Origin: Candidatus Hermodarchaeota archaeon
GTDB taxonomy: Archaea; Asgardarchaeota; Hermodarchaeia; Hermodarchaeales; Hermodarchaeaceae
Length of the DNA: 10,809 nt
Assembly: GCA_016839365.1 (NCBI GenBank)
Contig: JAEOUH010000015.1
Coordinates: 1-10,809 of the forward strand
Direction: 5' to 3'
Under the pieces are notes generated by a model, which was given only the letters and a program-made list of their open reading frames with translations, had not been told where the DNA came from and did not search any database. A program made the translations under genes and the position numbers. Positions 9,029-10,809 of this stretch are shown here, in pieces (within the stretch, counting starts at the first letter, position 1; every line of letters begins with the position of its first letter).

Positions 9029-9183
9029 TGGTGCCGGGACAGGGATTCGAACCCCGACCTAAAGCTTTCTGCATCCCATCTTTGAAAATGGGCTTCCACA
9101 GGCTTCAATGCTACCATTGCGCCTGGGCAAATACCAGTTTACACCTTCGGGATCCAGTGAAGATACACTGGAATAATCCCGGC
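9029..9183 (-). tRNA. tRNA-His(GUG) with three BHB introns (8/9, 15/16, 37/38); CCA encoded
   Basis: Exons 9183-9176, 9145-9139, 9116-9096 and 9066-9029 splice to the 74-nt cloverleaf GCCGGGA TG GTGT AATGGTA GCAT T GAAGC CTGTGGA GCTTT AGGT CGGGG TTCGAAT CCCTG TCCCGGC A CCA. U8, A14, G18G19, the A15:U48 pair and the TTCGAAT loop are all correct. An oligo-T run follows. Confidence 0.92.
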
Positions 9184-9224
9184 ACGGTGCCCCGGCACGA
9201 GGAAATGTTGAAACAAGCCCTCCC

Positions 9225-9238
9225 ACAAAAAGCTTTCC
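9225..9238 (-). promoter_or_regulatory. Putative BRE/TATA-like promoter of tRNA-His
   Basis: Minus strand GGAAAGCTTTTTGT; same AAGCTTTT core as upstream of aIF1 and DUF4430. Confidence 0.4.
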
Positions 9239-9339
9239 TATCTGGAAAGGGGAGGAGTCGCCTCTTCGTACACCTAGTATTTGTCTGTCGGAGGGCTTGT
9301 GTGAAGCCTCCTCATTGGTTACTTTATGACAAAGCCGTG

Positions 9340-9648
9340 CTATGCGATGTCGATATTATCGGAGGGGAATCCCAGATTTGCTAGGATGTCTTTGATGTTG
9401 TAACGGTGGTCACCTTGAAGGACAATGATCCCGTCTTTTGCACTCCCTCCGCACGCACATTTCATTTTTAATTTTGTGACGAGCTCGGATAGTGAAATGT
9501 CTCGGCTGTTAATGCCTTCAATAAGGGTGACTTCTCGTCCCCATTTTCGTCTTTCGACGCTAATTTTTATTCGCTGCTCGGTCTTTGCCAATTCTTGGCA
9601 GCGACAAATGTCTTTGGGCAAACTGCAAATCGGACAAATTTCTGACAT
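9340..9648 (-). CDS. sui1: Translation initiation factor aIF1 / SUI1 homolog
   Basis: N-terminal CPICSLPKDICRC, RRKWGREVTLIEG, LKMKCACGGS, LQGDHR; GAGGT SD. Confidence 0.95.
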   Translation of the reverse strand: MSEICPICSLPKDICRCQELAKTEQRIKISVERRKWGREVTLIEGINSRDISLSELVTKLKMKCACGGSAKDGIIVLQGDHRYNIKDILANLGFPSDNIDIA

Positions 9649-9695
9649 TATTTACCTCGTAAAATTATGGTACTATGGGGTATCGAAGTTTTACC

Positions 9696-9707
9696 TTATA
9701 AAAGCTT
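9696..9707 (-). promoter_or_regulatory. TATA box upstream of aIF1
   Basis: Minus strand AAGCTTTTATAA about 50 nt upstream of the ATG. Confidence 0.5.
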
Positions 9708-9771
9708 ACGCAATGGCTTGTAGGGACTAGAAGCTTTGAGTAATAGTCTCGAGAACTAGTCTAATGGGTGG

Positions 9772-9987
9772 TTACCTTGCAGTCAGCTTCTTAATGATCT
9801 GCGGACGCTCTTTGTACATAATACGGGCTCCGCAAAAAGGACACTTACTGGATGGTAGGGTCGTAGCAAATGGTTTGCCACAGTGGGGGCAGCGGTTGCT
9901 AGGTGGCATTGAGGGAACTGGGGTCTGGCAATAGGGGCACGAGAGGGTTTTTCCGCATTTAGCGCATCGAAATGTTATCTTGGGCAC
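9772..9987 (-). CDS. rpo12: RNA polymerase subunit Rpo12 (RpoP) with an inserted second zinc ribbon
   Basis: FRCAKCG ... KCPFCGARIMYKERPQIIKKLTAR is the RpoP signature. GTG 9987 is preferred over ATG 10017 because TTTATTAA (10035-10028) lies too close to that ATG; the start is uncertain. Confidence 0.85.
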   Translation of the reverse strand: MPKITFRCAKCGKTLSCPYCQTPVPSMPPSNRCPHCGKPFATTLPSSKCPFCGARIMYKERPQIIKKLTAR

Positions 9988-10057
9988 CTCGAAAAATATG
10001 TGACTGCTAGACGGCATCTCCCATCGCTTAATAAATCTTGCTTAGTTCTAGTCTGAA

Positions 10058-10168
10058 TTAGGGCAAGATAAAGGGTAGACTGAGAAGGATAATTCCAACA
10101 ATCACGCTACCTAAGATTAGTATGATTAGAATTATCGCAATGAGTAGATTTTGTTGTTTCTTCCTCAG
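10058..10168 (-). CDS. Putative 36-aa single-pass membrane microprotein (CTG start)
   Basis: (M)RKKQQNLLIAIILIILILGSVIVGIILLSLPFILP*; CTGA overlap with the Get3/ArsA stop; GGTGA SD 6 nt upstream; fills the intergenic gap. Confidence 0.65.
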   Translation of the reverse strand: MRKKQQNLLIAIILIILILGSVIVGIILLSLPFILP

Positions 10169-10809
10169 GGTTTGTCACCACTCTCTGGAAGTAATCCGGT
10201 TGTTAGGAGGTTGGCCAGGCGGGTTAATGCAGGAATCCCACGAATCTCATCTTGGAATAATGGAACCTCAGTAATGGTGAAGTCGTCATAAATATCGTTA
10301 ATTTGACTGAGATATTGGGTTTGCATTGTTTTTCGAGCTTTACAAAAACTACAATCCGGAATATCCGGAAACACCATATTCACGATAATATGGCTGCTGG
10401 GAATCTGGAATTCATACAGAGTTTGTAGGAGCCGCTCGGTCTCCGATACTGCCATGGCTTCAGGTATCATAACAATGACAAAGCTAGTCCGCGTCGGATC
10501 GGTGAGCTCAACTCTAGCCTCGTTAATGGCTACCTTGAGGTTTTCCAGATTTTCTAAGGAGTTATCTTCTTCCTTTGAGTCACCACGCCCAAATAGTGAT
10601 TTTAATCGTCCAAACATACTACTGAACCGCATCCGAAACTTGATGAGTTTTCCAAAGAAACTATCAAGCATTTCAGGCAAGCCTAATAAACGAAGGGTGT
10701 GGCCTGTCGGTGCAGTATCGAAGACAACCAAATCGTAGTCACACTCATGGATAAATTCCAGCACCTTGGAGAACGCAAGGGCTTCATCAGATCCAGGAGC
10801 AGACATGTC
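10165..10809 (-). CDS. Get3/TRC40-like ArsA-family ATPase (5' part outside the window)
   Basis: APGSDEALAF, FDTAPTGHTLRLL, Met/Phe-rich helical insert (IKFRMRFSSMFGRLKSLFG), IPEAMAVSETERL, VNMV, CSFC (CxxC), EIRG. Confidence 0.9.
   Translation of the reverse strand, partial: DMSAPGSDEALAFSKVLEFIHECDYDLVVFDTAPTGHTLRLLGLPEMLDSFFGKLIKFRMRFSSMFGRLKSLFGRGDSKEEDNSLENLENLKVAINEARVELTDPTRTSFVIVMIPEAMAVSETERLLQTLYEFQIPSSHIIVNMVFPDIPDCSFCKARKTMQTQYLSQINDIYDDFTITEVPLFQDEIRGIPALTRLANLLTTGLLPESGDKP

Noticed and set aside
9175-9199. att-site scar of an element integrated at tRNA-His
   Set aside because: No integrase or cargo, and the repeats are only 4 nt apart; cannot be fully excluded but is unsupported.
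9280-9333. Eukaryote/Loki-type SECIS element (AUGA...GA)
   Set aside because: No in-frame UGA in aIF1 or other upstream genes seen here, and no apical AA motif; kept only as a K-turn candidate.
9028-9384. 118-aa plus-strand ORF
   Set aside because: Antisense to tRNA-His; MVPGQGFEP is a typical reverse-tRNA translation artefact.
10058-10173. Programmed frameshift at CCC-TGA fusing the TM peptide to the ATPase
   Set aside because: CCC-UGA favours +1, whereas the TM frame is -1 and there is no proper slippery heptamer; SD plus CTG reinitiation fits better.
221-10738. Short overlapping or antisense ORFs in the track (e.g. 221-409, 1650-1946, 3626-4000, 5913-6281, 9425-9730, 10454-10738)
   Set aside because: Shadows of well-supported genes with no recognisable motifs.
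1-10809. CRISPR arrays, IS elements, rRNA
   Set aside because: No periodic repeats, transposase or integrase motifs, or rRNA-like sequence seen.

Overview
Archaeal chromosomal window, most likely from an Asgard archaeon. The evidence is GGTGA/GAGGT Shine-Dalgarno sites, BRE/TATA promoters, BHB-type tRNA introns, Rpo12, aIF1 and a longin + Rab-like GTPase pair. Genes in coordinate order: a partial Fe-S protein, a zinc-ribbon membrane protein and FAD glycerol-3-phosphate dehydrogenase (all minus); a longin-domain protein and Rab-like GTPase (plus); then on the minus strand a 4-gene coupled operon resembling corrinoid uptake (transcribed DUF4430, surface protein, ECF S-component, HTH/DUF4443-like) with a perfect palindrome at its promoter, HisRS, tRNA-His(GUG), aIF1/SUI1, Rpo12 with an extra zinc ribbon, an unannotated 36-aa single-TM ORF and a partial Get3/ArsA ATPase. 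The main highlight is a tRNA-His split by three BHB introns (8/9, 15/16, 37/38), with a duplicated acceptor strand in its leader, an A73 discriminator and no encoded G-1. It sits next to a HisRS whose usual G-1-contacting arginines appear substituted. The second highlight is a CTG-initiated membrane microprotein translationally coupled to Get3. Family assignments come from motif recognition only; no database searches were run.
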